DNA from: Limosilactobacillus sp.
GTDB taxonomy: Bacteria; Bacillota; Bacilli; Lactobacillales; Lactobacillaceae
Length of the DNA stretch: 64,000 nt
Reading direction: 5' to 3'
Assembly (NCBI RefSeq): GCF_022482365.1
Contig: NZ_JAKVPE010000001.1
Coordinates: forward strand, 2,034,176-2,098,175
Part shown: piece by piece, positions 10,568 through 20,669 of the stretch
Position numbering within the stretch: position 1 is the stretch's first letter
Layout: each line of letters opens with the position of its first letter
Made by a program: the position numbers and the translations under genes
The notes under the pieces: model-generated
Databases searched by the model: none
Seen by the model: the letters and a program-made list of their open reading frames with translations, nothing else
What the model was told of the DNA's origin: nothing

Positions 10568-11110
10568 ATGTTAAAGTTCAATATTCGTGGTGAAAATGTC
10601 GAAGTTACTGACTCAATCCGTGACTACGTAGTCAAGCGGATCAGCAAGCTTCAAAAGTTCTTTGAAGATAGCGTCGAAGCTAACGCCCACGTGAACTTAA
10701 AGGTATACCCAAACCGGACCTACAAGGTTGAAGTAACGATTCCACTTCCATACCTGACGCTGCGGGCCGAAGAGACCTCCAACGACATGTACGGCAGTGT
10801 GGACCTGGTTACCGATAAGCTTGAACGTCAAATCCGGAAGTACAAGACCAAGGTTAATCGGAAGTCCCGTGAAAAGGGCTTTAAGAACGTTGAATTCGTT
10901 CCGAGCGATGACGATAGTACCAGTACTGACGATTTGAAGATCGTTCGGACCAAGCAAGTTTCCTTGAAGCCAATGGATCCCGAAGAAGCAGTCCTGCAGA
11001 TGGACATGCTGGGACACGACTTCTTCGTCTTCCAAGATGCTGAGACCAACGGCACGAGTATTGTTTACCGTCGTAAGGACGGTCGCTACGGCCTGATCGA
11101 AGCAGAATAA
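10568..11110 (+). CDS. hpf: Ribosome hibernation promoting factor, long form (YvyD-type)
   Basis: 180 aa with an N-terminal S30AE domain (MLKFNIRGENVEVTDSIRDYV) and a C-terminal dimerisation domain (FVFQDAETNGTSIVYRRKDGRYGLIE). It keeps the conserved position upstream of secA. Confidence 0.93.
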   Translation: MLKFNIRGENVEVTDSIRDYVVKRISKLQKFFEDSVEANAHVNLKVYPNRTYKVEVTIPLPYLTLRAEETSNDMYGSVDLVTDKLERQIRKYKTKVNRKSREKGFKNVEFVPSDDDSTSTDDLKIVRTKQVSLKPMDPEEAVLQMDMLGHDFFVFQDAETNGTSIVYRRKDGRYGLIEAE

Positions 11111-11312
11111 ACGGACGCTAACGAGCGTTTCAAAAGGGGATTACGGCAAGTATTTTGCCGTGATCCCTTTTCGTTTTTCCCTTGATCAGTTTGGTTTTCA
11201 AAGCCTGGTGAACGTGGTAAAATACATAAGTTAGATTAAAAATATAATTGGCTTGAGTAGCACTTTTTTAATCGTTCTTAGCTCGAGCTAATGAATTAGG
11301 AAGGACGCTTTT

Positions 11313-13676
11313 ATGGCCAACATTTTAAAAAAATGGATTGAAAGCGACCGTCGTGAACTGCGGCGGATTGATAAAATCGCTGATAAAGTTGAAGCCTATG
11401 CCAAGACCATGGCGGCAATGACTGACGACCAGCTGAAGGCAAAGACGCCAGAGTTCCGCCAGCGCTACCAGAAGGGTGAATCACTCGATCACATGTTGCC
11501 GGAAGCCTTTGCGGTTGCCCGGGAAGGTGCCAAGCGGGTGCTGGGTCTGTACCCATTCCATGTCCAGATCATGGGTGGGATTGTCCTGCACGAGGGGAAC
11601 ATCGCCGAAATGAAAACCGGTGAAGGGAAGACCCTGACCGCCACCATGCCGGTGTACCTGAACGCGCTCTCCGGCAAGGGGGTTCACGTTATCACCGTCA
11701 ACGAGTACCTGTCCAAGCGTGATGCCGTCGAGATGGGTCAGCTTTACAACTGGCTGGGCTGCAGCGTCGGCATCAACAACTCCGAGATGAGCCCCGACCA
11801 GAAGCGGGAAGCCTACAAGGCCGACATCATGTACTCAACCAACAGTGAAATCGGGTTCGACTACCTGCGTGACAACATGGCCGTCTACAAGGAAGACCAG
11901 GTTCAGCGGGGATTGAACTACGCAATCGTCGACGAGGTGGACTCGATCTTAATCGACGAAGCCCGGACGCCACTGATCATTTCCGGACCAGGGACGGGAA
12001 CCTCGAAGCTCTACAAGCAGACGGACCGGTTCGTTAAGCAGCTGAAGAACGAGGTGGACTACAAGGTCGACCTGGAGTCCAAGACCGTTTCCCTGACCGA
12101 CGAGGGAATCCAAAAGGCCGAGAAGTACTTCAACCTGAAGAATCTCTATGATCCCGAGAACACGCCGCTGACCCACCACCTTGACCAGGCGCTGCGGGCC
12201 AACTACATCATGTACCGGGACAAGGACTACGTGGTTTCTGACGGCGAAGTCCTGATCGTTGACTCCTTTACCGGACGGGTCATGCAGGGACGGCGGTTCT
12301 CTGACGGCCTCCACCAGGCGATCGAAGCCAAGGAAGGCGTTGAGATCCAGGAAGAAAACAAGACGATGGCCAACATCACCTACCAGAACCTCTTCCGGAT
12401 GTACAACAAGCTGGCCGGGATGACCGGGACCGCCAAGACCGAACAGGAAGAATTCCGTGAAATTTACAACATGGAGACGATCACGATTCCAACCAACAAG
12501 CCGGTTATTCGAAAGGACGAACCGGATCTGCTCTACCCAACGTTGAAGAGCAAGTTTGCGGCCGTTGTTCGCCGGATCAAGAAGCTCCACGAAAAGGGCC
12601 AACCGATCCTGGTCGGGACCGTGGCCGTTGAGACCTCGGAATACCTGTCGCATTTGCTGGATAAGGAACACATTCCGCACGTGGTCTTGAACGCCAAGAA
12701 CCACGCCAAGGAAGCCGACATCATCAAGAACGCCGGTCAGCGTGGTGCCGTTACGATCGCCACCAACATGGCCGGGCGGGGGACCGACATCAAGCTCGGC
12801 CCCGGCGTTCGTGAACTCGGTGGTCTGGCCGTCATTGGGACCGAACGGCACGAATCGCGGCGGATTGATAACCAGCTGCGTGGTCGTTCCGGTCGGCAGG
12901 GTGACCCGGGCCTGTCCCAGTTCTACCTGTCACTGGAAGATGACCTGATGAAGCGGTTCGGTGGTGACCGGATCAAGAACTTCCTGCAACGGATGAAGGT
13001 TGACGACGAGGATGCCGTGATCAAGAGTCGCTTCCTGACGCGCCAGGTGGAATCCGCCCAGAAGCGGGTTGAAGGGAACAACTACGACTCACGGAAGAAC
13101 GTCCTCCAGTACGATGACGTGATGCGTGAACAGCGTGAGATCATCTACAAGGAACGTCAGCAGATCATCACCGAGGACAAGTCTTTAAAGTGGGTTCTGA
13201 TGCCAATCTTTAAGCGGACAATCGAACGGGAAGTCGAGCAGCACACCCTGGGTGACGAAAAGGAATGGGATCTCAAGGGGATCGTCGACTTTGCTGAAGA
13301 GGTCCTGGTCAAGCCGAATACCATCACGGTCAACGATTTGAAGGGCAAGACCAAGGAAGAAATGGTGGACTACCTGATGGGCTTTGCCAAGGGCGTCTAC
13401 AAGGACAAGCAGCGTCAGCTCTATGATCCAGCCCAGATGCTGGAATTCGAGAAGGTCGTGCTCCTGCGGGTGGTTGACTCCCACTGGACCGACCACATCG
13501 ACGTGATGGACCAGTTCCGGCAGTCTGTCGGTCTGCGGGGCTATGGTCAGTTGAACCCGCTGGTTGAATACCAGACGGCCGGCTACCACATGTTCGAGCA
13601 GATGATTGCCGACATCGAGTACGAGACGACCCGGCTCTTCATGAAGTCCGAGATTCGTCAGAACGTGACCCGGTAA
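11313..13676 (+). CDS. secA: Preprotein translocase ATPase SecA (canonical)
   Basis: 787 aa with MKTGEGKTL (Walker A), [19 protein letters not shown], and a complete set of motor and C-terminal domains. Confidence 0.98.
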   Translation: MANILKKWIESDRRELRRIDKIADKVEAYAKTMAAMTDDQLKAKTPEFRQRYQKGESLDHMLPEAFAVAREGAKRVLGLYPFHVQIMGGIVLHEGNIAEMKTGEGKTLTATMPVYLNALSGKGVHVITVNEYLSKRDAVEMGQLYNWLGCSVGINNSEMSPDQKREAYKADIMYSTNSEIGFDYLRDNMAVYKEDQVQRGLNYAIVDEVDSILIDEARTPLIISGPGTGTSKLYKQTDRFVKQLKNEVDYKVDLESKTVSLTDEGIQKAEKYFNLKNLYDPENTPLTHHLDQALRANYIMYRDKDYVVSDGEVLIVDSFTGRVMQGRRFSDGLHQAIEAKEGVEIQEENKTMANITYQNLFRMYNKLAGMTGTAKTEQEEFREIYNMETITIPTNKPVIRKDEPDLLYPTLKSKFAAVVRRIKKLHEKGQPILVGTVAVETSEYLSHLLDKEHIPHVVLNAKNHAKEADIIKNAGQRGAVTIATNMAGRGTDIKLGPGVRELGGLAVIGTERHESRRIDNQLRGRSGRQGDPGLSQFYLSLEDDLMKRFGGDRIKNFLQRMKVDDEDAVIKSRFLTRQVESAQKRVEGNNYDSRKNVLQYDDVMREQREIIYKERQQIITEDKSLKWVLMPIFKRTIEREVEQHTLGDEKEWDLKGIVDFAEEVLVKPNTITVNDLKGKTKEEMVDYLMGFAKGVYKDKQRQLYDPAQMLEFEKVVLLRVVDSHWTDHIDVMDQFRQSVGLRGYGQLNPLVEYQTAGYHMFEQMIADIEYETTRLFMKSEIRQNVTR

Positions 13677-13710
13677 AATTCAATATGATTGACTACTACT
13701 AGATTTTAGG

Positions 13711-13749
13711 TACGGCAGTAAGGTAACCCATGGCGGTACCGCTGCCGTA
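13711..13749 (+). terminator. Hairpin after secA (possible terminator)
   Basis: TACGGCAG...CTGCCGTA 8-bp stem with a large loop, followed by a T-rich but interrupted tail (TGTTTGT). Confidence 0.4.
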
Positions 13750-13772
13750 TGTTTGTATGTGGAGGTTTTGTT

Positions 13773-14889
13773 GTGGAATTAAGTGAAGCAAAAAAACAAG
13801 TAGAAGCAATGCAACAAGAAGTTGCCCGCTTCGGGAGGTCTCTTTGACCTTGATGCCTTAGACGAGAGCATCGCGGAAAACGAGCAGAAGATGGCCCAGC
13901 CGGACTTCTGGAACGATAACGAAGCGGCTCAGAAGGTCATCGGTGAAAATAACGCGCTCAAGGACAAGCGCGATACCTTTGTCCACCTGCGCGACCAGAT
14001 TGCCAACCTGCAGACCAATATCGAGCTTCTCGAACTGGAGCCTGACCCGGACCTGCAGCAAGAATTTGATACCAGCTTTGCCCAGACGAAGAAGGACCTG
14101 GAGCAGTACCGGCTCAGCCAGCTGCTGGACGGGGAGTACGACTCCAAGAACGCCATCTTGGAAATCCACCCCGGTGCCGGGGGGACCGAAGCCCAGGATT
14201 GGGGATCGATGCTTTTGCGGATGTACGTTCGCTGGGGCGAGCAGCACGGCTTTACCGTCGAAACTGCCAGCTATGAGGCCGGGGACGAGGCCGGCATCAA
14301 GAGCGTGACCCTCCTGATTAAGGGACACAACGCCTTTGGCTACCTGCGCAGCGAAAAGGGGGTTCACCGGCTCGTCCGGATCTCGCCATTTGACGCGGCT
14401 GCTCGGCGGCACACCTCCTTTGCCTCGGTCGACGTCATGCCCGAATTGGACGAGAGCGTTGACATCAAGATTGACCCGTCCGATCTCCGGGTCGACACCT
14501 TCCGTTCCAGCGGGGCCGGTGGTCAGCACATTAACAAGACCGAATCGGCCGTCCGGATTACCCACCTGCCAACCGGGATCGTGACCTCCTCGCAGGCCGA
14601 ACGTTCCCAGCTGCAGAACCGGGTGACCGCGATGAACATGCTGAAGTCGAAGCTGTACGAATTGGAGGAGGAAAAAAAGGCCAAGAAACGGGCCGAGATC
14701 GAAGGGGAACAGCTGGAGATCGGCTGGGGCTCCCAGATTCGCTCCTACGTCTTCCACCCCTACACGATGGTCAAGGATAACCGGAGCGGTTACGAGACTC
14801 ACGATGTCCAGGCGGTGATGGATGGTGACCTCGATCCTTTCATCAATGCCTACCTGCAGTGGAAATTAAGCCAAAAGAACCCGCAATAA
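13773..14889 (+). CDS. prfB: Peptide chain release factor 2, expressed via a programmed +1 frameshift
   Basis: Frame 0 runs from the GTG at 13773 (RBS GGAGG at 13761-13765): [24 protein letters not shown], then an in-frame TGA at 13845-13847. The +1 frame continues DLDALDES... to 14889. It contains SPF and the GGQ motif ([16 protein letters not shown]). Confidence 0.95.
13833..13848 (+). promoter_or_regulatory. prfB +1 frameshift site
   Basis: Internal SD-like GGGAGG, a 3-nt spacer, then CTT TGA C, the canonical RF2 autoregulatory slippery site. Confidence 0.9.
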
Positions 14890-14947
14890 AGAAGATTGCG
14901 GTTAGTTGGAAAAGCAAGTAAGATTAAATTAACAAGGAGTGGTGTTT

Positions 14948-15289
14948 ATGCGCGAAAATCGCAAACGTCGGCTGACCCGCTCGGCGTCCGACCGTATTCT
15001 AGGTGGCGTCTTTGGCGGACTCGGTAAATATCTCCATGTTTCACCGAATTTTTTGCGGGTGATCTACGTGATCCTGACGATCCTGACCGCCGGTATGCCG
15101 GGGGTGATCGTCTACCTAATCCTGCTGATCATTATGCCGCCTGACCCGGAGCATCCCGGCATCATGGGCTTCTTCCAGGCTTTCAACGACCTGAACAAGA
15201 AGATGACTGATTCGGATGACCATTCCCGGTCCCGGCGGCAACTGACCGACGTAGAAGAAAAAGACATTAAAAGAAATGGGCGATCATAA
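14948..15289 (+). CDS. PspC domain-containing membrane protein
   Basis: The start was moved to the ATG at 14948 (MRENRKRRLTRS). It has the PspC motif RILGGVFGGLGKYL followed by a TM segment. Confidence 0.8.
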   Translation: MRENRKRRLTRSASDRILGGVFGGLGKYLHVSPNFLRVIYVILTILTAGMPGVIVYLILLIIMPPDPEHPGIMGFFQAFNDLNKKMTDSDDHSRSRRQLTDVEEKDIKRNGRS

Positions 15290-15648
15290 TGGGATTTTGG
15301 AAAAGAGTATTAATTGATACCATTTTGTTCATTGCCCTGGCCGGCCTCTTTGCCGGAACGGGGATGTTCTACATCAGCAGCGCCTGGATTGCGCTGCTGG
15401 CCAGCTTTGTCTTGGCCATCTTAAACGTCTTGGTCAAGCCAATCCTGGTGATTCTTTCCCTGCCGATCAACGTCTTGACCCTCGGGCTCTTCAGCATCGT
15501 GATTAACGGGGCGATGCTGATGTTGACGTCGGCATTTATTGGTGCGGACTTCTTTCACTTCTCCTCGTTTTGGAGTGCCATGCTGATTGCCATCATCATG
15601 TCGATCTGCAACACCATTATCACTGATCACCAAGAAAATCATTATTAA
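15289..15648 (+). CDS. Phage holin family IV / YvlD-like (DUF360) membrane protein
   Basis: 119 aa with four hydrophobic helices. It keeps the position after the pspC-like gene and before hprK, as in the Bacillus yvlC-yvlD arrangement. Confidence 0.7.
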   Translation: MGFWKRVLIDTILFIALAGLFAGTGMFYISSAWIALLASFVLAILNVLVKPILVILSLPINVLTLGLFSIVINGAMLMLTSAFIGADFFHFSSFWSAMLIAIIMSICNTIITDHQENHY

Positions 15649-15663
15649 AAGGAGTGAAGCATC

Positions 15664-16617
15664 GTGCCAAACCACGTTACCGTTCAAGAATTAGTTGACC
15701 AGGTCCGCTTAAAGGTCCTCCAGGGCAAGGAATACCTCGACCGGCCGATCACCACCAGTGACATCTCCCGGCCAGCCCTGGAATTTGCCGGTTACTTCAA
15801 GCACTATCCAGCCCTGCGGATCCAGCTGCTGGGGATCACCGAAACCTCCTTCTCCAAGGACCTGACCCACGAGAAGATGGAGAAGTACATGACGAAGATG
15901 TGCACGCCCCAGACGCCGTGCTTCGTCATCTCAACGAACCTGCCGATCCCGCCGGAACTGAAGACGGCGGCCGCTAATGCCAACATCCCGATTCTGGGAA
16001 CCCACCTGACCTCGTCACAGATCCTGTCGAACATGACCTCCTACCTGCTGGGCCGTCTGGCACCACGGAAATCAATGCACGGGGTCCTCGTCGACATCAA
16101 CGGGGTTGGGGTTCTGATCACCGGTGACTCTGGGGTCGGTAAGAGTGAAACCGCCCTGGAACTGGTCCGGCGGGGACACCGGCTGGTTGCCGATGACCGG
16201 GTCGAAGTCTACGCCCGGGACGAACAGACCCTGATCGGGACGGCGCCGGCGATCCTAAAGCACCTGATGGAAATTCGGGGAATCGGAATCATCGACGTTT
16301 CCACCCTTTACGGGACCGGGGCGATCATGCCGGATGACAACATCAATCTGATCGTTCACCTGGAGACCTGGACGCCGGACGCCAAGTTTGACCGGCTCGG
16401 CGACCGGGGCGATACCCAGACCATTCAGGGGGTCATCATCCCGAAGGTGTCAGTCCCAGTTAAAACCGGGCGGAACCTGGCGATCATCATTGAATCGGCC
16501 GCGATGAACTACCGGGCCGAAACGATGGGCTACGACGCCACGGAAACCTTCGACCGCAACCTGAACAAGCTGATCAAGGAGAACTCGGCCCGCGATAGCA
16601 AGAGGGTTCAGAAGTAA
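15664..16617 (+). CDS. hprK: HPr kinase/phosphorylase
   Basis: 317 aa from a GTG start, with Walker A GDSGVGKSE and the signature EIRGIGIIDV. Confidence 0.96.
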   Translation: MPNHVTVQELVDQVRLKVLQGKEYLDRPITTSDISRPALEFAGYFKHYPALRIQLLGITETSFSKDLTHEKMEKYMTKMCTPQTPCFVISTNLPIPPELKTAAANANIPILGTHLTSSQILSNMTSYLLGRLAPRKSMHGVLVDINGVGVLITGDSGVGKSETALELVRRGHRLVADDRVEVYARDEQTLIGTAPAILKHLMEIRGIGIIDVSTLYGTGAIMPDDNINLIVHLETWTPDAKFDRLGDRGDTQTIQGVIIPKVSVPVKTGRNLAIIIESAAMNYRAETMGYDATETFDRNLNKLIKENSARDSKRVQK

Positions 16618-17438
16618 TGGGAACCAGGCTAACAGCGGCGCTTAACCCAATCGCCCTTCAATTTGGTCCCTTCACGATTCACTGGTACGGGGTCATCATT
16701 GCGACCGGGGTGGTCCTGGCCCTCTGGCTGTCCGTTCGCGAGGGCAAGCGCCAGGGGATTCCCGAAGACTATTTCTATGATTATCTGCTCTGGGCTTTGC
16801 CGATTGCCATCATCTGTGCCCGGCTCTACTACGTCACCTTCCAGTGGCCGTATTATGCCGCCCATCCCGGCGAGATCATCGCCATCTGGGACGGGGGGAT
16901 CGCCATCTACGGGTCGATTCTCGGGGGCTTTGCCGTCCTCTACTTCTTCTGTCGCGCCCGGCACCTGTCGATGTGGACAATGCTGGACGTGATCGCGCCA
17001 ACGGTTATCCTGGCCCAGGGGATCGGTCGCTGGGGCAATTTCATGAACCAGGAGGCCTTTGGTGTGATTACGACCAGAGCCGCCCTAGTGGCCCAGCACA
17101 TCCCGAATTGGATCATCGCCCAGATGTACATCGGTGGTCATTACCGGGTGCCAACCTTTCTCTACGAATCGCTCTGGGACCTGGCGGGCTTTGCCATCTT
17201 GATGCTTTTGCGGCACCGGCACCACTTCTTCTTGCGTGGGGAGGTCTTCTTATCCTACGTGATGTGGTATGCCTTTGGCCGCTTCTTTATTGAGGGAATG
17301 CGGACCGACAGCCTGATGCTGGGCAGCGTCATCCGGGTTTCCCAGCTGCTGTCACTGGTGTTCTTTGCCGGTGCCCTGGTCTTAATGATCGTGCGGCGGC
17401 GACGGGGGACGGTTCCCTGGTATGATCAATCAAAGTAA
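16617..17438 (+). CDS. lgt: Prolipoprotein diacylglyceryl transferase
   Basis: 273 aa polytopic protein with HWYG and GRWGNFMNQEAFG motifs. Its start overlaps the hprK stop. Confidence 0.95.
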   Translation: MGTRLTAALNPIALQFGPFTIHWYGVIIATGVVLALWLSVREGKRQGIPEDYFYDYLLWALPIAIICARLYYVTFQWPYYAAHPGEIIAIWDGGIAIYGSILGGFAVLYFFCRARHLSMWTMLDVIAPTVILAQGIGRWGNFMNQEAFGVITTRAALVAQHIPNWIIAQMYIGGHYRVPTFLYESLWDLAGFAILMLLRHRHHFFLRGEVFLSYVMWYAFGRFFIEGMRTDSLMLGSVIRVSQLLSLVFFAGALVLMIVRRRRGTVPWYDQSK

Positions 17439-17465
17439 GATGAATTAAGGAAAGAGAGAGATTTT

Positions 17466-18482
17466 ATGACTGAAAAAGTAGCAGTACTCGGCGCGGGCTC
17501 TTGGGGCAGCGTGCTGGCAAACATGTTGGTAGAAAACGGTCACGATGTGCTTCTCTGGTCACGGGACCAGGACCAGGTTGATCAGCTCAACCGGGAGCAC
17601 GTCAACCCGGCCTACATGAAGGATTTTACCTATTCCAGTGATCTTCACGCTACGGCCGACATGAAGGAGGCCGTGGCTGGGGCCGACGTGGTGCTGATCG
17701 TGATCCCGACCAAGGGGATCCGGGAGGTTGCCAAGAAGCTCAACGCCGTCCTGGCCGACCTCGGCCAGCAGTCGCTGATCATGCACGCCACTAAAGGGCT
17801 GGAACAAAACACCTACAAGCGGCCGTCCGAAATGATCAAGGAAGAAATCGCCCCTGAATACCGTCGCGACGTGGTGGTGCTGTCCGGGCCAAGCCATGCC
17901 GAATCCGTGGCCATCAAGGATGTGACCGCCGTCACGGCCGCCTGTGCCAACCTGGCTGATGCTCAAAAGGTACAAAAACTCTTTAGTAACGATTACTTCC
18001 GGGTCTACACCAACGATGACGTGATCGGCGCCGAATTTGGTGCGGCCCTGAAGAACATTATTGCCATTGGTGCCGGGGCCCTGCAGGGATTGGGTTACCA
18101 CGACAACGCTCGTGCCGCCTTGATCACCCGGGGCCTGGCCGAAATCCGCCGGCTGGGCGTGGCCTTTGGCGCCAACCCAATGACCTTCATCGGCCTGTCC
18201 GGGGTGGGGGACCTGATCGTTACCGCCACCAGCAAGAATTCCCGGAATTGGCGTGCCGGCTACCAGCTTGGCCAGGGCCAACAGCTCGACGACGTCATTA
18301 AAAACATGGGGATGGTCATCGAGGGAGTTTACACCACCAAGGCTGCCTATGAGCTTAGTAAAAAACGTCAGGTAAAAATGCCAATAACCGAAGCATTGTA
18401 CCAGGTTTTATACCAGGGCGAGAGCATTAAAACCGCAATTTCTCAGCTAATGAGCCGAGATCTTACGTCAGAGATGGAATAA
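17466..18482 (+). CDS. gpsA: NAD(P)H-dependent glycerol-3-phosphate dehydrogenase
   Basis: 338 aa with the N-terminal motif GAGSWGS and typical GpsA sequence (NVIAIGAG-like block KNIIAIGAGA). Confidence 0.95.
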   Translation: MTEKVAVLGAGSWGSVLANMLVENGHDVLLWSRDQDQVDQLNREHVNPAYMKDFTYSSDLHATADMKEAVAGADVVLIVIPTKGIREVAKKLNAVLADLGQQSLIMHATKGLEQNTYKRPSEMIKEEIAPEYRRDVVVLSGPSHAESVAIKDVTAVTAACANLADAQKVQKLFSNDYFRVYTNDDVIGAEFGAALKNIIAIGAGALQGLGYHDNARAALITRGLAEIRRLGVAFGANPMTFIGLSGVGDLIVTATSKNSRNWRAGYQLGQGQQLDDVIKNMGMVIEGVYTTKAAYELSKKRQVKMPITEALYQVLYQGESIKTAISQLMSRDLTSEME

Positions 18483-18543
18483 TTATGGTAAAATACAACC
18501 GGGTACAATGAGAGATTGAAGTTATGGAAAGGATTTTTTCGTT

Positions 18544-19458
18544 ATGAAACGTGTTAGAAAAGCGATTATTCCGGCAGCCGGGTTGGGGACCCGTTTCCTG
18601 CCTGCTACCAAGGCCTTAGCCAAGGAAATGCTGCCCATTGTTGATAAGCCAACGATCCAGTTTATCGTTGAGGAAGCACGCAAGTCCGGCATCGAAGACA
18701 TCGTTGTCGTTGACGGCAAGAACAAGCGCTCGATCGAGGACCACTTCGATTCCAACCCTGAACTGGAAGACAACCTGCGTGCTAAGCACAAGGATGCCAT
18801 GCTGAAGCTGGTCGAAGAAACGACCGACATCAACATCTACTTCATTCGGCAGTCACACCCACGCGGCCTCGGGGATGCCGTTTTGACCGCCCGCGACTTC
18901 ATCGGCGACGAACCATTCGTGGTCATGCTCGGTGACGATCTGAACAACATCAACAACAACGGTGAACCGCTGACCAAGCAGCTGATCGAAAGCTACGAAC
19001 AGACCGGGGCCTCCACCCTGGCCGTAATGCGAGTACCACACGAGGACACCGCCAAGTACGGCGTTATCAACCCAAGCAAGGAAGTTACGCCGGGCCTGTA
19101 CAACGTGACGAGCTTTGTTGAAAAGCCGGCCCCGAAGGACGCACCAAGCGACCTGGCCATCATTGGTCGCTACGTCTTCACCCCAGAAATTTTTGACGTT
19201 CTGGCCAAGACGAAGCCGGGCAAGGGCAACGAAATTCAGCTGACGGATGCCATCGACACCCTGAACCAAACGCAACGGGTCTTCGCTCGTGAATACAAGG
19301 GCGACCGTTACGACGTTGGTAACAAGTTCGGCTGGGTTAAGACCAACATTGAATACGGTCTGCAGCACCCACAAGTTAAGGATGAGCTGCGTGCCTACAT
19401 CAAGGATCTCGGCGCCAAGCTGGCGGCTGAGGACAAGAAGTCCAGCGCAAAGAAGTAA
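18544..19458 (+). CDS. galU: UTP-glucose-1-phosphate uridylyltransferase
   Basis: 304 aa with [31 protein letters not shown], the canonical GalU N-terminus. Confidence 0.96.
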   Translation: MKRVRKAIIPAAGLGTRFLPATKALAKEMLPIVDKPTIQFIVEEARKSGIEDIVVVDGKNKRSIEDHFDSNPELEDNLRAKHKDAMLKLVEETTDINIYFIRQSHPRGLGDAVLTARDFIGDEPFVVMLGDDLNNINNNGEPLTKQLIESYEQTGASTLAVMRVPHEDTAKYGVINPSKEVTPGLYNVTSFVEKPAPKDAPSDLAIIGRYVFTPEIFDVLAKTKPGKGNEIQLTDAIDTLNQTQRVFAREYKGDRYDVGNKFGWVKTNIEYGLQHPQVKDELRAYIKDLGAKLAAEDKKSSAKK

Positions 19459-19470
19459 TTTAAACAATCA

Positions 19471-19502
19471 AGAAGTTGAGTTAATTCCCAACTTCTTTTT
19501 TT
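19471..19502 (+). terminator. Rho-independent terminator after galU
   Basis: 8-bp stem AGAAGTTG/CAACTTCT followed by T7. Confidence 0.75.
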
Positions 19503-19595
19503 ACACTTGTGCTTATAAAAAGTAAGCAAAACGATGGACATTTGGATCCGCGGCCAGTATGATATAGTCAAGAATTTATTTGTGGAGGAATCAAA

Positions 19596-20528
19596 ATGGC
19601 AGAAGAAAAGCACTATGATGTTGTGGTGATCGGTGCGGGTCCCGGTGGCCTGACCACCGCCATGTATGCTTCCCGGGCCAACCTGTCCGTCGTGATGCTT
19701 GACCGGGGGATCTACGGTGGCAATCTGAACAATACCGCCACAATTGAAAACTACACCGGCTTCAAGAGCGTCAAGGGGCCGGACCTGGCCAAGGACATGT
19801 ACGAGAGTGCCACCCAGTTTGGCGCCGAATACGCCTACGGGACGGTCACCAAGGTTGAGGACCAGGGCGCAACCAAGAAGATCACGACCGACATGGGCGA
19901 CACTTACATCGCCAAGGCAGTCGTCATCGCCACTGGTTCTGGCCAGCGCCACCTGGACGTGCCGGGCGAAGAGGAGTTTGGCGGCCGGGGCGTTTCCTAC
20001 TGCGCGGTCTGCGACGGGGCCTTTTTCAAGGGACTGAACTTGGCCGTAGTCGGTGGCGGGGATTCCGCAGTCGAAGAGGGAATCTACCTGACCCAGCTAG
20101 CCAAGAAGGTGACCGTCCTGGTCCGTGGCGACCACCTGAAGGCCCAGCCAATGCTACAGGACGAGGCCGCTAAGAACGACAAGCTGGACTTTGTCTACAA
20201 CACCAGCGTGACTGAGATCACGGGCGACGACGTTAAGGTTCGTGGCGTCAAGACCCACAACAACCAAACCGGTGAGGACGGCGAGATGCCAGTCGACGGG
20301 GTCTTCATTTACGTCGGGGCCTACCCGATGACCGCTCCCTTTGCCAACCTGGGAATCCTCGACGACCAGGGCTGGGTCAAGACCGATAACGAGATGAAGA
20401 CCAGCCTTCCCGGGATCTTTGCGATCGGGGATGTCCGCGAGACGCCGCTGCGTCAGATCGCAACGGCGGTCGGCGACGGTGCCATTGCCGGCCAGCAGGT
20501 TTATAAGTACATCAGTAGTTTGAACTAA
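19596..20528 (+). CDS. trxB: Thioredoxin-disulfide reductase
   Basis: 310 aa with the FAD motif GAGPGG, the redox centre CAVCDG and the NADPH motif GGGDSAVEE. Confidence 0.96.
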   Translation: MAEEKHYDVVVIGAGPGGLTTAMYASRANLSVVMLDRGIYGGNLNNTATIENYTGFKSVKGPDLAKDMYESATQFGAEYAYGTVTKVEDQGATKKITTDMGDTYIAKAVVIATGSGQRHLDVPGEEEFGGRGVSYCAVCDGAFFKGLNLAVVGGGDSAVEEGIYLTQLAKKVTVLVRGDHLKAQPMLQDEAAKNDKLDFVYNTSVTEITGDDVKVRGVKTHNNQTGEDGEMPVDGVFIYVGAYPMTAPFANLGILDDQGWVKTDNEMKTSLPGIFAIGDVRETPLRQIATAVGDGAIAGQQVYKYISSLN

Positions 20529-20669
20529 GATTAAGGGTCGTGCCTGTATCGCAGCACGTCTCTTTTTTGGTACACAAGTAAAACTTTAGTAAACTTTGCT
20601 GGGAGGGCGGCAGGTCGGTGCAGAATGCGGTATACTAGTGGCAGAGAAAAATGTAAAGGGGACATCACT

